Below, piece by piece: positions 38,545-52,894 of a stretch of 64,000 bases of DNA (its first letter is position 1; each line of letters opens with the position of its first letter). The notes beneath the pieces are model-generated. The model did no database searches. It had not been told where the DNA came from and was given only the letters and a program-made list of their open reading frames with translations. Origin of the DNA: Paraspadella gotoi (lineage: Eukaryota > Animalia > Chaetognatha); assembly GCA_051294375.1 (NCBI GenBank), contig CM119268.1, positions 19,598,625-19,662,624 on the forward strand, given 5' to 3'. A program made the translations under genes and the position numbers.

Positions 38545-39576
38545 AGAAAGCGAAGATGAAGAAAGTAAAAGTTAAGGTGAATCAAATTGAAGCACAGGCT
38601 AAGGCGAAGGTGAAAGCAAAAGCGAAGGCAAAAGCAAAGGCAGAGGTGGATGCAAAGGCGAAGGCAAAGGTGAAGGCGAAGAAAAGGCGAAGGCAAAGGC
38701 GGAGGCAAAGGCGGAGGAGAAGGCGAAAGCAAAAGTGAAGGCAAAAGCAATGGCGAAAGCAAAGGCGGATGCAAAGGCAAAGGCGGAGGCAAAGGCGGAG
38801 GAAAAGTCGAATGCAAAGGGAAAGGCAAAGGCGGATGTGAAGGCAAAAGCAAAGGCGGATGCGAAGGTAAAGGCAGAGGCGAAGGCGAAGGCAAACGCAG
38901 AGGCAAAGGTGAAGTCGGAGGCAAAGAAAAGGTGGAGGTGGATTCAAATACCTTTGCCTTTTACCTTTGCTTTTGCATTTTCATTCGAATCCACCTCCGC
39001 CTCCACCTTTTCTTTGCCTTCGCCTTTGCCTCCGCCTTTGCCTTCACATCTGCCTTTGCCTTTGCCTTCGCATCCAAATTTGCATTTGCCTTTGCATTCA
39101 ATTTTGCCTCCACCTCTGTTTTCGCTAATGCAGAGTCAAAGGTGGAGGAGAAGGTGAAAGCAAAAGGGAAGGTGAATGCAAAGGCGGAGGCGGTTGCAAA
39201 GGCGGAGGCAAATGCAAATGCGAAGGTAAAGGCAAAGGCAAATGTAAAAGCAAAGGTAAAGGCAGATGTGAAGGCAAAGGCGGAGGCAAAGGCAAAGGCG
39301 AATGCAAATGCAAAGGTGAAGGCAAAAGCAAAGGTGGAGCCAAAGGCGGAGGAGAAGGTTAAAGTGAAAGAAAAGACTAAAGCAAAGGTGAATGTGAAGG
39401 CAAAGGAAAAGGCAAATGTGCAAGCAAAGGCGGAGGCGAATGCGAAGGCAAAGGCGGAGGAAAAGGTGGAGGCAAAGGTGGAGGCGGAAGCAAAGGCGAA
39501 GGCAAAGGTGAAAGCAAAGGCGGATGCGAAGGCAAAGGCGAAGGCGGAGGCAAAGGCAAAGGCGAAGGTGGAGTAG
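38545..39576. repeat. (GCAAAG)n array, second copy, with inverted block 38950-39115
   Basis: Direct inspection. Confidence 0.88.
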
Positions 39577-39918
39577 AGCGATTGGTCAGTTCGATGAGCG
39601 AGTGAGTCAATCGGTGACCGCGTTAGTGGGTAGAAGCTGAGATTGGTCAATGGTCAGGTAGAAAAAGTCATCACATTTTTTAACATAAATTTTTAATTGA
39701 AAATATTATTCGAGAATTTAAAACTTTTTTTTTTTTGCTTGAAAAATGTAAAATGATAGTTTTAATGTGTTTTTAGTCGGATCTGCTTATCAGCAGGTCG
39801 GACTCCTATATTCACTTTGTAGGTCCGTCGGTCCGCCCCCTCAATATTGTCGGGCACTAACTTATATCATGTTCAGAACATCGAATTATGATAAATTATG
39901 CAAAAAAAAGATGTCCTC

Positions 39919-39981
<63 letters not shown>

Positions 39982-41345
39982 CGTCCCACCTTAGCAAAAA
40001 ACACCAATTACTCGTGATTGGATGGATGGATTTAAATGAAATTTGTGTGTGGATAGGTAAGTGTGTGATTGAGCTTGATATGAAGTTTCGATGGAATCGT
40101 CCGAGTGGAAATGAGTTTAAATTGAAAAAAATATTATTCACTATTTGAACACCAATTGCTCATGAGTGGAGGCTGATTGACCTTGGAATTTTGTATTGTT
40201 TGGTGATTGAACAAAATCATATTCGATGGAATAGTTTGAGTGGAATGAGTTTAAATGGAAAAAACAAAAAACCTGTTTTACTAATTATTATGCTTCTTTT
40301 TCCTTTATATTAAATGTATATGCAGGATGTATTAATAAATCAAATAATTAATCATGTTAATTAATCAATAAATTAATATTAATTATGTCAATCAATCCCT
40401 CCATCCATCCCATCTTAGCAAAAAGCTCCAATAACTCGTGTTGGCTGGTTGGATTGGAATTAATTTTGTGTTGGGTTGGAAAGTGTGTGATAAAGGGATA
40501 TAAAGTTTCAATGGAATCGTGTGAGTGGAAATTAGTTTAAATGGAAAAAACATAAGTCGAATTTACTAAAATCTTTTACTTATTTTAACCAATAAATACT
40601 CTAATTAATCATAATTGGATGGATAGATTGGGTAGAAATTTTAGTGTGGTAGGAAAATTAGTACGAAGCTTGATATAAGTTTTCATGTGGAAAGTTACCA
40701 GTTGGAAATGAGTTTAAATGAAAAAAATATTCATCATTTACTTGAATCTTTTTATTTATTTTAACCCATGATAGAGTGATTTGAATGAAATTAGCCGGTA
40801 GGAAAGTGTGAAGAAGCTAGATATAAATAGTTTGACGGAATGCAAGTTGAAAAAATATATATTCAAGTTAAAAATGATGCAATTAAAAAAATCTTAAAAA
40901 GCATAAGAATCGTCGCTATTGCATAAAAAGATAGAGAGAGAGAAGAGGAGAGAAGAGAGTGAGAGAGAAAGAGAGAGAGTGAGAGAGAAGAGAGAGGAGG
41001 AGAAGAGAGAGAGAGAAAGGAGACATAAAATAATTAAAAAAACTTAAAAGACTCAAGATCGAGCCAGAGCCCACTATCAAAGAAAATTAATGAAAAAAAC
41101 CGGGAAAAAAAACGAATGAATCACTGCGATAACGAATTATTGATGTAATTATTGATTAATACTAATTGATTGATGTAATAGTAATTTATTTGATGTAATA
41201 GAATGATTTTGATTCGATGATAATCAATTATTGATGCGATGATAGTCATTCACTGCTGTGATGATAGTCATTCACTGATGCGATGATTGTCATTCATTGA
41301 TGCGATGATAGTCAATAAAACAAACAAATGCGTGTATGAGTGAGA

Positions 41346-41394
<49 letters not shown>

Positions 41395-42422
41395 AGAAAG
41401 AAAGAGAATAAATCCACGAAAATCTCGGATGAAAATATGGATTTTGTATTGAAAAAAAGCGCGGAATAAATGGCAATAATAAAAAGTTTTTAGCAGGAAA
41501 AAAAATAATCAGAATTTTTCAAAAAACAAACGATCACGCTTAGATCGGACAGAGAGGGACAGACACACACAGAGAGACAGAGAGAGAGAGAGAAAAAGAG
41601 AGAGAGAGAGAGACAGCCGCTGCAGAGAAAAAGAGAGAGAGAAAGAGCGATATATAATAATTAAAAGAGAGAGAGAGAAAAGCTCTACAGCCCCTTTACT
41701 CGTTAAAGAATCAGCAGTATTTATGGCGCCGGACGTAGTGTGAGCTCTTCTTTACCCAAAGGACCCGGGTTCGCACCCTGTTCGTGGCCTCATTTTTTAA
41801 ATTTGTGAGCCCACATTATATATATATATATTATAAAGAGAGAGAGAGAGAGAAAGAAGCTGGACAGACGCTGGAGAGCCGGAACTCGTTTTTAGACAAA
41901 TCAGAAGAAGCAGTTACGGAGAAAAAGAGAGAGAGAGAGAGCGACATATATTTAAAAGAAAGAGAGAGAGAGAGAGCGACATATAGAGTTAAAACCGTTT
42001 TTGTTTTGTAAATAAAACAAACAAATACGAATATTGATATGAAACATGAGAATTTTAAAGATCTTGATGATTAGAAGCCATATATGAAATTTCAACTCCC
42101 TATGATATCAACGCTTTCAGAAGCCATGGATTGCAAAAAAGCGTGACGCGAAAGCTAAACGAATCAAAATCTAGCCAAGGACGGGCCTTTGCCCGCCTGG
42201 CCTGCGATAATAGAGGATATTTTGTTTGTTTGATAAAATGTAAAAAAACGATTTAATAACTGTCCCTGACTCAATTTTAAAGGACATCGATGATGACAAG
42301 CTGAATATAATTATATTAATTATTAAAATTAATTAATTAATTAATCTATTAATTATTAATACTTATTAATTAATTATTAATTAATTATCGTCGGCAGATC
42401 CGACATTGTTTGCTCAAACTTG

Positions 42423-43127
42423 TTTTAGTTGGATCTGCTTTCAGCAGATCTCCGACTCTATAATTCCACTTTGGTCGGTCCCATCGGTTCGCCCTCTTAA
42501 TATTGTCGGGTATTCACCTATATCATGTCAGAACATCGAATTAGGATAAATTATGCAAAAAAAACGAATGTCTGTCTGTCTGTCTGTCTCCTGTCCCTCC
42601 ATCCGTCGTTCTGTCCATCCCACTTAGCAAAAACACGCAATTACTCGGATTGAAGGATGGATTGGAATGAAATTTTGTGTGTGGGTAAGGAAGAGTGTGA
42701 TTGAGCTGGATATGAAGTTCACATGGAAATCATCCAGTGGAAATGAGTTTAAATGAAAAAAAAAAAAAATATATTTCACTATTTGAACACCAATTACTCA
42801 TGAGTGGATGGGACGATTATGCTCGATTATGCTTCTTTTTATTTTTATTTTAAATGTAAATGCAAGATGTATTAATTAATCAAATAATTAATCAGTTATG
42901 TAATCAATTAGTCAATTAATTAATCAATACTTAATTAATCAGTCAATTAATCAATCAATATAAACATTTCGGATCAAATTAATTAATTACCTAATTAATT
43001 AAATAGTTAACTTGAATAAAATATTTATTAATTATCTAAATAATTAACTTGAATTAATTAATTAATTATTAATTAATTACCGATAATGATCGTGGGCAGA
43101 TCCGACATTGTTTGCTCAAACTTGTTT
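42423..43127 (+). mobile_element. Full-length short HINE family A copy, directly abutting the 3' end of a preceding copy
   Basis: ..CTCAAACTTGTT|TTAGTTGGATCTGC.. junction; 3' end at 43097-43127. Confidence 0.75.
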
Positions 43128-43504
43128 TTTAATATCTATCTTTTATACCTATCCTTAAATATTTATGCTATTACGAATTAAATTATGTATTTAACTGAGA
43201 GAGAAAAAGATAGACTGAGAGAGAGACAAAGAGACAGAGGCAGAGACGGAGAGAGATTTTCGCTCCACAGAGTTGGCGTAACGTCTCTTCTCGTCTCCTC
43301 GCCTCGCGTCACGCACGCGACGTTCAAGATGTCACGCTAAATGTCACGCGCGTCTCGAGAAACGCGAATGAGAATTCGATTCAAAAAATTTTAAAATACG
43401 TTAAAAACCAAAAGACACATTTATTTGAATTTTTTAAAGTTTCTCTCTTTCTATCTCTCTCTGATTGATTGAATGATTGTTTGAATGATTGATTGATTGA
43501 TTGA

Positions 43505-43850
43505 TTGACCAGATTCTACAAGTTGACCAAATTATGCCAGTTGACCAAATTATGCTAGTTGAGCATATTATGCCGGTTGAGCATTCTATGACAGTTGAGA
43601 AAATTAAGCCAGTTGACCAAATTATGCCAGTTGACCAAATTATGCCAGTTGACCAAATAATGCCAGTTGACCAAATTATGCCAGTTGACCAAATTATGGC
43701 AGTTGACCAAATTATGCCAGTTGATCAAATATTTTTTTCTTTCGAAAAAAAAATAATGCAACTAGATCAAATTATGCAAGTTGATCAAATTATGCAAATT
43801 GACCAAATTATGCAAAATTACCAAATTATGCAAGTTGACTAAATTATGCA
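43505..43850. repeat. 18-bp minisatellite (CCAAATTATGCCAGTTGA)n, the same unit carried by HINE-A at 11300-11655
   Basis: Reverse complement of the 11.3-kb array, preceded by (GATT)n; explains the QIMPVD ORF. Confidence 0.9.
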
Positions 43851-45018
43851 AATTTTTATTGGCGCAGCTACTGGTAATAATTGATAGATCAATTGATTTA
43901 TGTATTTGTTCATATATTTATTAAGTCTGTTTTGATTTGTTATATTACAAATTGTTTTGATCTGTTAAGATCACAAATTGAAAGTCAGAAGATGATTTAT
44001 CAGAAGATGATTTATCATCGGATTAGCTTATTACCGCTTAATTATCGTAGGTAGAGCCAAACTTCGTCAATGGGGTGGGTCAGAAGTTTGATTTGGGAAC
44101 CTTTCCAAATGAAACTTCATACATTTCTGAGAAAACTTTCAATGGAGCAAAATTTTCTAAAATGGCAAGAAGCATTAGTAATTAATTTTTTAATATTTAT
44201 TTAAAGATAGGAAATGTCAAAAAATTTTTGGGGAATTTTTTATTTTTAAAAGCAGATTCAAATAGCTTATGAAAAGTTATCTACACAAAGTATAATTCTT
44301 TTTTCAATATTTTGATGATAAGTGGGTTAAAATTGAGAAAAACCTTAAAAAATCATCATCATCATCATCATCCGATGATTTTAACAGTTTTTACTAATTT
44401 TTAGTAATAAAACATCAAAATTTTAAAAAGTTGTAATTATATTTTTTGCTTAACTTTTTAAGCTCTATCAGAATCAATTAAAAAAAAACTTAAAATATCC
44501 AAAACAAATTTTTGACATTATATAGCGATTGAATGAATGGATAATTTTTATATTGGTTGTACCAATTTCATAATAATATTAATTATCGAATTACTCCTGG
44601 TTCGGAACATTTTTGCAAAAAAATATATTAACACAATAATTAATACCAATAATGGATTAGTTTAATGCTGTTCCCATTAAAATTTGAATTTGGTCGGCTA
44701 CCGCTATCGTAGGCAGATCCGACAATGTTTGCTCAAATTTATTTTATTATTTGTTTTCTTCTTTAATTTTACTATTTTTTGACAATTTTTTTCTTAGTCT
44801 TCTATTTTTAGAACTATGTTTCCTTATTCTTTCCTCTTTTTCTGTCCAGGTATTTTACTACAACCTTTCTCTCTATAAATTTGTTTTCCATTTATTCTTT
44901 TTTACATTTTTAATCGTTTTCATACTTTAATTTTTATTTCAATACTTTTTCCTTTCCAAGTCATCCCAGTTTCTTTTCACTGCTCTTTGTTTATAACCTC
45001 TCTCTCTCTCTCTCTCTG

Positions 45019-45072
<54 letters not shown>

Positions 45073-45224
45073 ACTCTCTCTTTTTCTCTCTCTCACTCTC
45101 ATTCTCACTCTCACTCTCCCACTCTTTAAGCCCCCTTCATTTTTTCTCCTATTTTTTTTCTATTCTTCTTCATTTTCTTCGGGTCGATGAAGACAGAACC
45201 ACCGGAAATGAGATGAGGATTGAA

Positions 45225-45279
<55 letters not shown>

Positions 45280-45620
45280 CGAATTTAAATAGAGAAGAGA
45301 GTGGACTGGTAAAATTTGGCTGATAAAACCTTTAATCTCAACTATTTTAATGAATACCGAGTTAAGAATATTTAACTAAATACAAGCTTGCGCTGATAAA
45401 ATTAATTTTATATTTATACGCATCTACATCGTTCATTCCCTTCGATTATTTGAAAATCTGATTCTTGAAAAAATTAGTTTTCGGTGAATTATTTTGATTA
45501 ACGTCGATATTCAATTACTTCACGAACTAATTTATATACATTCATAATAAAATAGCCTACAATTCATAGTGTGTTTTGGATTTCCTTAAGCCAATATTCC
45601 GATTCAATTAGACGTATTTA

Positions 45621-46356
45621 CAGTCATGTGCAAAAAAAAACGTGCCATTTTATTTCAGACTGTTAAAAATCACCTTTAAAATTGATTTTTTTTTTTAAAT
45701 TAAAAGTGATTTAGGTTTATGGAAGATAATGAGTTTGGCATAAATTTTTATTTAAATTTTTGTACTTTGGTTAAAAAAATCGCAGTAGTCCAGCTTGTTT
45801 ACTTATAGTTACTGCTCATGCAATGGCATTAATATGAATTTCAAAAAAACATTTTGTGTTGCATTGTGACTAAGAGCCTTCGCTGTTATAAGATATATTT
45901 TTATGAAAAAAATGAAATGTTTTTTAAAATAATGGTTTATCTTACACATATAGAATTGGAGTAATGTGTCTGAGCAATCTGAAAGTCCCTTTTTTATTTA
46001 ATTTTTTTTTTGTTAAAAAAAATTTGTGTAAATAAAAGTTGTTTTTTCATTGGTTTGGAGACAGTCAGAGTTTAAAAAAATCATATCTCCTAAACCACTG
46101 ACCGATTTAATAAAATTTAGATGTATCTCTTTTCTAAAAAAGTTATGATTGGTGTTAATAACCAAAACATTGTCCGATTAATAAAATAGAACGTTTATTA
46201 CCAAAATCAAAACTCTTCTACTTTGTAACTAATAAATTTTAGATACATTGATTCCTTTTTTAAAAATTATTTTTATTATTTTAAGTATAATGTTTTTAAA
46301 AGTAGAGTATCTGGAATTTTAAGTTATAAAGTGGCGCGTTTTTTTGCACAGGAGTG
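45621..46356. mobile_element. Tc1/mariner-type MITE with TA TSD
   Basis: TA|CAGTCATGTGCAAAAAAAAACGTGCCA ... TGGCGCGTTTTTTTGCACAGGAGTG|TA. Confidence 0.8.
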
Positions 46357-48350
46357 TAGGTTAGGGTGAAGTAAAAGTTTGGAATAAAAATTTAGCAGAT
46401 ATATCTTGAAAACTATTATGAAATTGGTACAACCAATATAAAAATTATCCATTCATTTAATAAATAAGCTATCTTGCCCCTGACTTTGGACAGGCTTTGG
46501 TGGTTTAAGGCCTCCATTACTCTTACAAGATAATGACATTGCAGGTCCCTGCAAGCTTTCAATATATTAGTGAATAGTAATCTGTGATTTTTTTTTATAT
46601 ATATTTTCAGCTTATTTTGTATAAATTTCAAAATAGTTACTTAAACATTTTGAGAACAGTTTCAGATTCCTCATAAAAAGTTAATAAAAGAAAATATTTT
46701 TCAAAAATTATGTTATTAAGTATAGTAAAAATATAAAAAAACTATAATTTTAAGCTAAAAATTAAAAATTGGCATATTATATATAGTTTTTTACGTTTTT
46801 GACCAACTTAATGAAATAATTTTCAAAAAATAATTATACTTTTTTATATCAACTTTTTGCAAGGAATCCAAATCCGTTCTTAAAATTAAAAAAATTCATT
46901 TTGGAATTTTAGCTTATTATATACTTATTATTATATATAAATATAGCTTACTGGTGCCCACTAACCTATAAATTTAAAAAATAAATTTACCAAAGTATAT
47001 TTATTGGTTTTTATTTTTATGTTCTATATTCTAAATTTTAATTTCATGAAATTTTATTGTTTTCACATCGCTCTTTACATACTGTAGGTATGTTTTTTTT
47101 TTCAAAAGAGTCCAGATTTAAAATACAAAAAATAATAAGGAAATATTTGACCGCTGGTTTGACCCATAAACTGATGCAGGGTGAGAACCAATCTGACCAA
47201 TATTCCAACTAAAGTGTCCACATAGTTTTGAGTCTCTTGTTCCAATTTCTGCTAAAAATAACCCATTTAACGACACATGTGTTGTTAAAGGGGAGAAAGA
47301 GAGAGAGAGAGAGATCCAGCCTTCCCTCGTCAACGCAAATAAAACCCGAGGAAAAAGAAAACACTTTTTTTTTGTTTCAAAGGTTTTAATTAATGTCGTG
47401 GAGGCAATTAGATTGTGTCGGTGATTAGTGGTTGCTAATTAGTGGTTGGTAATTAGTGGTTGGCAATAGATATTTTGTAGTATACTAACAACAGTTGCTG
47501 GGAGGATTATAATATACATATATATATAATAACCAGTGGCTGCGCCAATACTTGTAAATCACTTTCAAGGGCTTAAACTGAACTGTGAGCGGCACTAATA
47601 ACATTTTGGTACTTGCAAAAATATTTTATAAATCAAAACAATATTATTTTTGTTTTTATATATGATAAAAATTATTTGATCAAGACATAGAATAAAAAAT
47701 ATAATAAATATATATATATAATAAAAAATTAAAAAAACAATTGCNNNNNNNNNNTAAAAAATATAATAAAATAAAATAGAATAAGAAAAACATACTTATT
47801 AAAAAATATATATATATAATAAAAAATTAAAAAAAACAATTGCTATTTTGTTGAAGAGCAGGTGCAAATGAAGATCTAGTGGGTGAAGATAAATTTTATT
47901 TTTAATGTNNNNNNNNNNNNNNNNNNNNNNNNNNNNNNNNNNNNNNNNNNNNNNNNNNNNNNNNNNNNNNNNNNNNNNNNNNNNNNNNNNNNNNNNNNNN
48001 NNNNNNNNNNNNNNNNNNNNNNNNNNNNNNNNNNNNNNNNNNNNNNNNNNNNNNNNNNNNNNNNNNNNNNNNNNNNNNNNNNNNNNNNNNNNNNNNNNNN
48101 NNNNNNNNNNNNNNNNNNNNNNNNNNNNNNNNNNNNNNNNNNNNNNNNNNNNNNNNNNNNNNNNNNNNNNNNNNTGTCTTACAAAAAGCTTTCGAGTAGA
48201 ATAGGGTAAAAATACAAACAAAATATAATGGGACTCTTCTATTGTTTCATATAAAAAGATTAAAACATCTGGTGGATGTATTTAAACTAAAATTGATTGC
48301 TATTTTGTTTTTCAAAATGCTTTTTTGTTTGTGAAGCCATCTGGTTTATT

Positions 48351-49171
48351 AACAAGTTTGAGCAAACAATGTCGGATCTGCCCACGATCATTATCGATAA
48401 TTAATTAATTAATTAATTAATTATTAATTATTTCAAGTTAATTAATTATTTAAGTAATTCATAATTAATTTATTAAAGTTAATTATTTAATTAATTAGGC
48501 AATTAATTAATTAATTTGAGCTGAAATGTTTGTTTTCATTGATTAATTGACTGATCAATTAATTATTGATTAATTGACTAATTGATTAATTAACTGATTA
48601 ATTATTTAATTAATTAATACATCTTGCATTTACATTTAAAATAAAAAGAAAAAGAAGCATAATCAATTAGTGAAACAGGTTCTTTGTTTTTTCCATTTAA
48701 ACACATTTCCACTCAAATGATTTCATCGAAACTTGATTTCCTGTTCAATCAGACACTTTTCTACCCACATGCAAAAAATTCCAGGTCAATCGCCCCATTT
48801 ACTCATGAGTAATTGGTGTTCAAATAGTGAAATATATTTTTTTGTTTTTTCAATTTAAACTGATTTCCACTCGGACCATTCCATCGAAACTTCATATCCT
48901 GCTCAATCACACAATTCCCTACCCACACACAAAATTTTATTCAAATCAATCCATCCAATCACGAGTAATTGGTGTTTTTTTTGCTAAAGTGGGACGGATG
49001 GATGGACGGACGGATGGACAGACGGATGGACATCTTTTTTTTTTGCATAGTTTATCATAATTTAATGTTCTGACATGATATAACTGAATGCCCGACAAGA
49101 TTGAGGGGGTGGACCAACAGACCGACAAAGTGAATTATTGAGTCGGGATCTGCTGAAAACAGATCCGACTA
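48351..49171 (-). mobile_element. Full-length HINE family A copy
   Basis: Both termini; hairpin AGTCGGGATCTG-ctgaaaa-CAGATCCGACT. Confidence 0.8.
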
Positions 49172-49582
49172 TAATTTAATATTAAATAATTAATTATCTG
49201 ATCAGCTGCTTACTGCTAATGATCGTGGGCAGATCCGGCATTGTTTTAAAAAGATATAAAATTAAAATCAATCTGAGCGAATTCAATGATTGTTTTTCAC
49301 TGGATGAAAGGGAGACAGAAAAGGGAGGAAAAAAAAAGAAAGGAAATGAATGAGAGAAGGAAAAAGAAAAGAAAAAGTAGGAAAAGAAACAAAAAAAAAA
49401 CAGTAAGCTACTTTTTAATTTGACTCAGGCCCTTTGGGTCACGGGAAATTCCCAGGCCAATCTTCCGACAGTTTGAACCCATTTTCCATATGCCATCGGA
49501 TTGGATCTCTCTCTCTCTCTCTCTCTCTGTCTCCGCGATTGAGTTAAGCTGTCTGGGAAGGGTAAAAATGTTTAGTTGCTTA

Positions 49583-50126
49583 TTTTTAGTCGGATCTGCT
49601 TTGTCGGTCCGTCGGTCCGCCCCCTCAACCTTGTCGGGCATTCACTTACATCATGTCAGAACAGCAAATTATGATAAATTATGCAAAAAAAACGATGTCC
49701 GTCCATCCTTCTGTCTGTCTGTCCGTCCGTCCATCCGTCCTTCCGACGTTCGTCCCACCTTAGAAAAAAACACAAATTACTCGTGATTGGATGGATGGAT
49801 TGAAGTGAAAATTTTTGTGTAGGTAGGGAAGTGTATGATTGAGCTGGATATAAAGTTTCGGTGGAATAGTTCAAGTGGAAATGAGTTTAAATGGAAAAAA
49901 CAAAAAAATATATTTCACTATTTGAACACCAATTGCTCAAGTGGATGGGGCGATTAACTTGAAATTTTGTATTTGGTTATTTGTATTTTAAATGATTATG
50001 TAGATGTATTAATTAATCAAATAATTAATCAATTAATTAATCAACAAAAACAAACATTTTGGATCAAATTAATAAATTAATTGCCTAATTAATTAAATAA
50101 TTAACATTGTTTGCTCAAACTTGTTT
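49583..50126 (+). mobile_element. HINE family A deletion derivative
   Basis: 5' TTTTTAGTCGGATCTGC; 3' ACATTGTTTGCTCAAACTTGTT. Confidence 0.7.
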
Positions 50127-50129
50127 TTA

Positions 50130-50876
50130 GTGTGCGATCATAGTACATTAAAAATTTAGATATGGCTTCTCATCTTGAAATAGCTTTGATATTTTCTTAT
50201 TACATTTGGATTTAAGTAGTTTTTGTTTGAATTTCCACTTCATTAAGATTTACTGCAATATGCAAATGAGATTATAGTACTAATTAATATATCCAAATTA
50301 ATATATAGAAATGCTTTAATCTAATTTACATATTGAAGTATATAATATTGAAGATGAAATTCAAAAATTTTTTTAAAATCTATAATTAAAATGGGAAAAC
50401 AAAGGACCTTTTTAATGAGAAGCTATATCTTAATTTTAATACAAATAAAAATAAAACCTTTTACAAGCTATGATTGGAAAAAATTGTAACAATTTCCAAT
50501 TGTAAACAATTGTAACATTTTTTTTCCTTTGTTTTATTTCTTTAAATTATGTATATGTATTTTTCTTCCTATTATTCTCAGTTGCTGACTCTTCTGAACC
50601 CTATAAAAACGAGTTCAGGCTCTGCAGTGATTATACAACTGCCTTCCATCGGCTGTCCATCTTTCTCTCTTTCTTTCTTTTTCTGTCTCTCTCTGTCTCT
50701 CTCCCTCTCTCTGTACGATCTCTTGCGTGATTGTTTTTTGAAAAAAATTGATTATTTTTTTCTTTTAAAAATTTTTATTATCGCCATTTATTCTGCGCTT
50801 TTTTCTCAATGCAAAATCCCAAATTTACATCCGAGATTTTCGTGGATTTATTCTCTTTCTTTCTCTCTCTCTTTCT

Positions 50877-50931
<55 letters not shown>

Positions 50932-51280
50932 ACTCATACACACATTTGTTTTTTTAATTTATGATGAACGATTCATTGCGTCAATGAATGACTATCATCG
51001 CATCAATGAATGACTATCATCGTATCAATGAATGATTCTCATCACATCAATGAATGACTATCATCGCATCAATCATTTGGTTATTATCACATCAATCATT
51101 TGGTTATCATCACATCGATCATTTTGTTATCATCGCATCAATTATTGGTTATCATCGCATCAATATTTGATTATCATCGCATCAATCATTTGGTTATCAT
51201 CCCATCAATCCTTTGGTTATCATCGCATCAATATTTGGTTATCATTGAAGGTAGGCGAGATCCTATTCTTTTAAGATTTT
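50130..51280 (+). mobile_element. HINE family B, 5'-truncated, with (ATCATCGCATCAAT..)n satellite
   Basis: Reverse-complement match to 52332-54530 and direct match to 62210-62620. Confidence 0.6.
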
Positions 51281-51867
51281 TTTTCTCGTGTTTTGTCGAC
51301 TCAAATTCATCTTTTCTTTTCTTTTTTTCTTTCCTTTTGTTTTCTTTAAATCTTTTTAGTTGCGCCGCGTTTGATCAAACTTATTACTTTCAATAAACTC
51401 TTTTTTTTCTCTAATTCTCTTTTGTAATAATTCTGTTTCACTTTCTATTTCATTTTCTCGAAATTCTTTTATCTGACTTCGCGTTTTAAATTGCCTCTGT
51501 CTCTCTCTGTCTCTGTCTCTTTCTTAGTCTTGATAACACTAACGTTTTCTCTTTTTCCGCTCAATTTATCTGCAGTTCGTAATCTTTTTTGAAAAATTAT
51601 TATATATTATATATATTATTATTATATATATTCAGTACACTTCAGTACATTTTTATACAATTTTCTTCCTATAGAAAGTTTAATTTAAGTTAATTTAAGT
51701 TTAATTTCCGTCTGCTTTCTCTCAATGTCTGATTCTCATCGTCTCCCTTCTTCGCGGGAACAAATTCTTCATTTGACTTTTTCTGTCTTTCAAATTTCAT
51801 CCTTAGTTTCCTCTCTCGCAAGTTCCATCGCTTATTCCATCTCCCGATTCAAATTGTTTTCTCTCAT

Positions 51868-51918
<51 letters not shown>

Positions 51919-52331
51919 ATATCTCTCTCTCTCTATCCTTCCAATTTCTTAATCGAGTTTCTCGAGATTTTTATTCGCTCGTAAAAGAAATTAATCGAAA
52001 ACAGGGGAAGGAAATAAAGAAGACAAAAGACGGAAATGGAACGGGACAAAGTGTCAAAAACAGAATGTCAACAGCCGGAGAAACAGCGGCAGCCGGTTAG
52101 GGCAGCAGCCGCCGCAGGGCCACCGGCAGTAGCCGCAGCAGCATTCGCCGAATTCGTCCGCATTGTTTTTCTTTTCTCGTTCTTCTTATTATCTGTCTAT
52201 CTATCTGATTATATATGCGATTTTATTCGAATACAACGAGGTTGATCAGTACAATCATCATCAACAAACAAACAAACAAAGATAGACTAAGTCTTAGCAA
52301 AAAAAAAAAACATTATAAAATAGAGAGAAAA

Positions 52332-52636
52332 AATCTTAAAAGCATAAAGATCGAGCAGCGCTTTCGATAGTAACCAAATATTGATGCGATGATAACCAAA
52401 TATTGATGCGATGATAACCAAATATTGACGCGATGATAACCAATAATTGATGCGATGATAACAAAATGACTGATGTGATGATAATCAAATGATTGATGCG
52501 ATGATAGTCATTCATTGATATGATGATAATCAATTCATTGATACGATGATAGTCATTCATTGATGCGATGATAGTATTCATTGACGCGCTGAATCATTCA
52601 TCGTAAATAAAACAAACAAATGCGTGTATGAGTGAA

Positions 52637-52674
<38 letters not shown>

Positions 52675-52843
52675 GCTGGACAGTTTTCCCGCCAACGAAA
52701 CGCATTATTAGGTCTCTCTCGTTTATATAAAGAATAATCAGAATTTTTAGAAAAAAAAATCCACGAAAATCTCGGATGTAAATTTGTGATTTTGTATTGA
52801 GAAAAAAGCGCGGAATAAATGGCATAATAAAGTTTTTAGAAGG

Positions 52844-52894
<51 letters not shown>

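Larger units (their letters stand above)
32676..40345. repeat. About 2.6-kb direct duplication (32676-35290 and 37743-40345), plus a short inverted pair 35300-35730 / 35878-36320 around a 25-N gap
   Basis: Identical order of (GTC/ATC)n, (GCAAAG)n and HINE; twin ORFs appear in the track. Confidence 0.9.

Noticed and set aside
43857-47550. Inverted motif pair TATTGGCGCAGCYACTGG as the TIRs of one 3.7-kb element
   Set aside because: The CAGTGGC-like termini face outward and there is no shared TSD; more likely the ends of two separate elements
47799-48221. ORFs spanning the long N gap
   Set aside because: Artefacts of ambiguous bases
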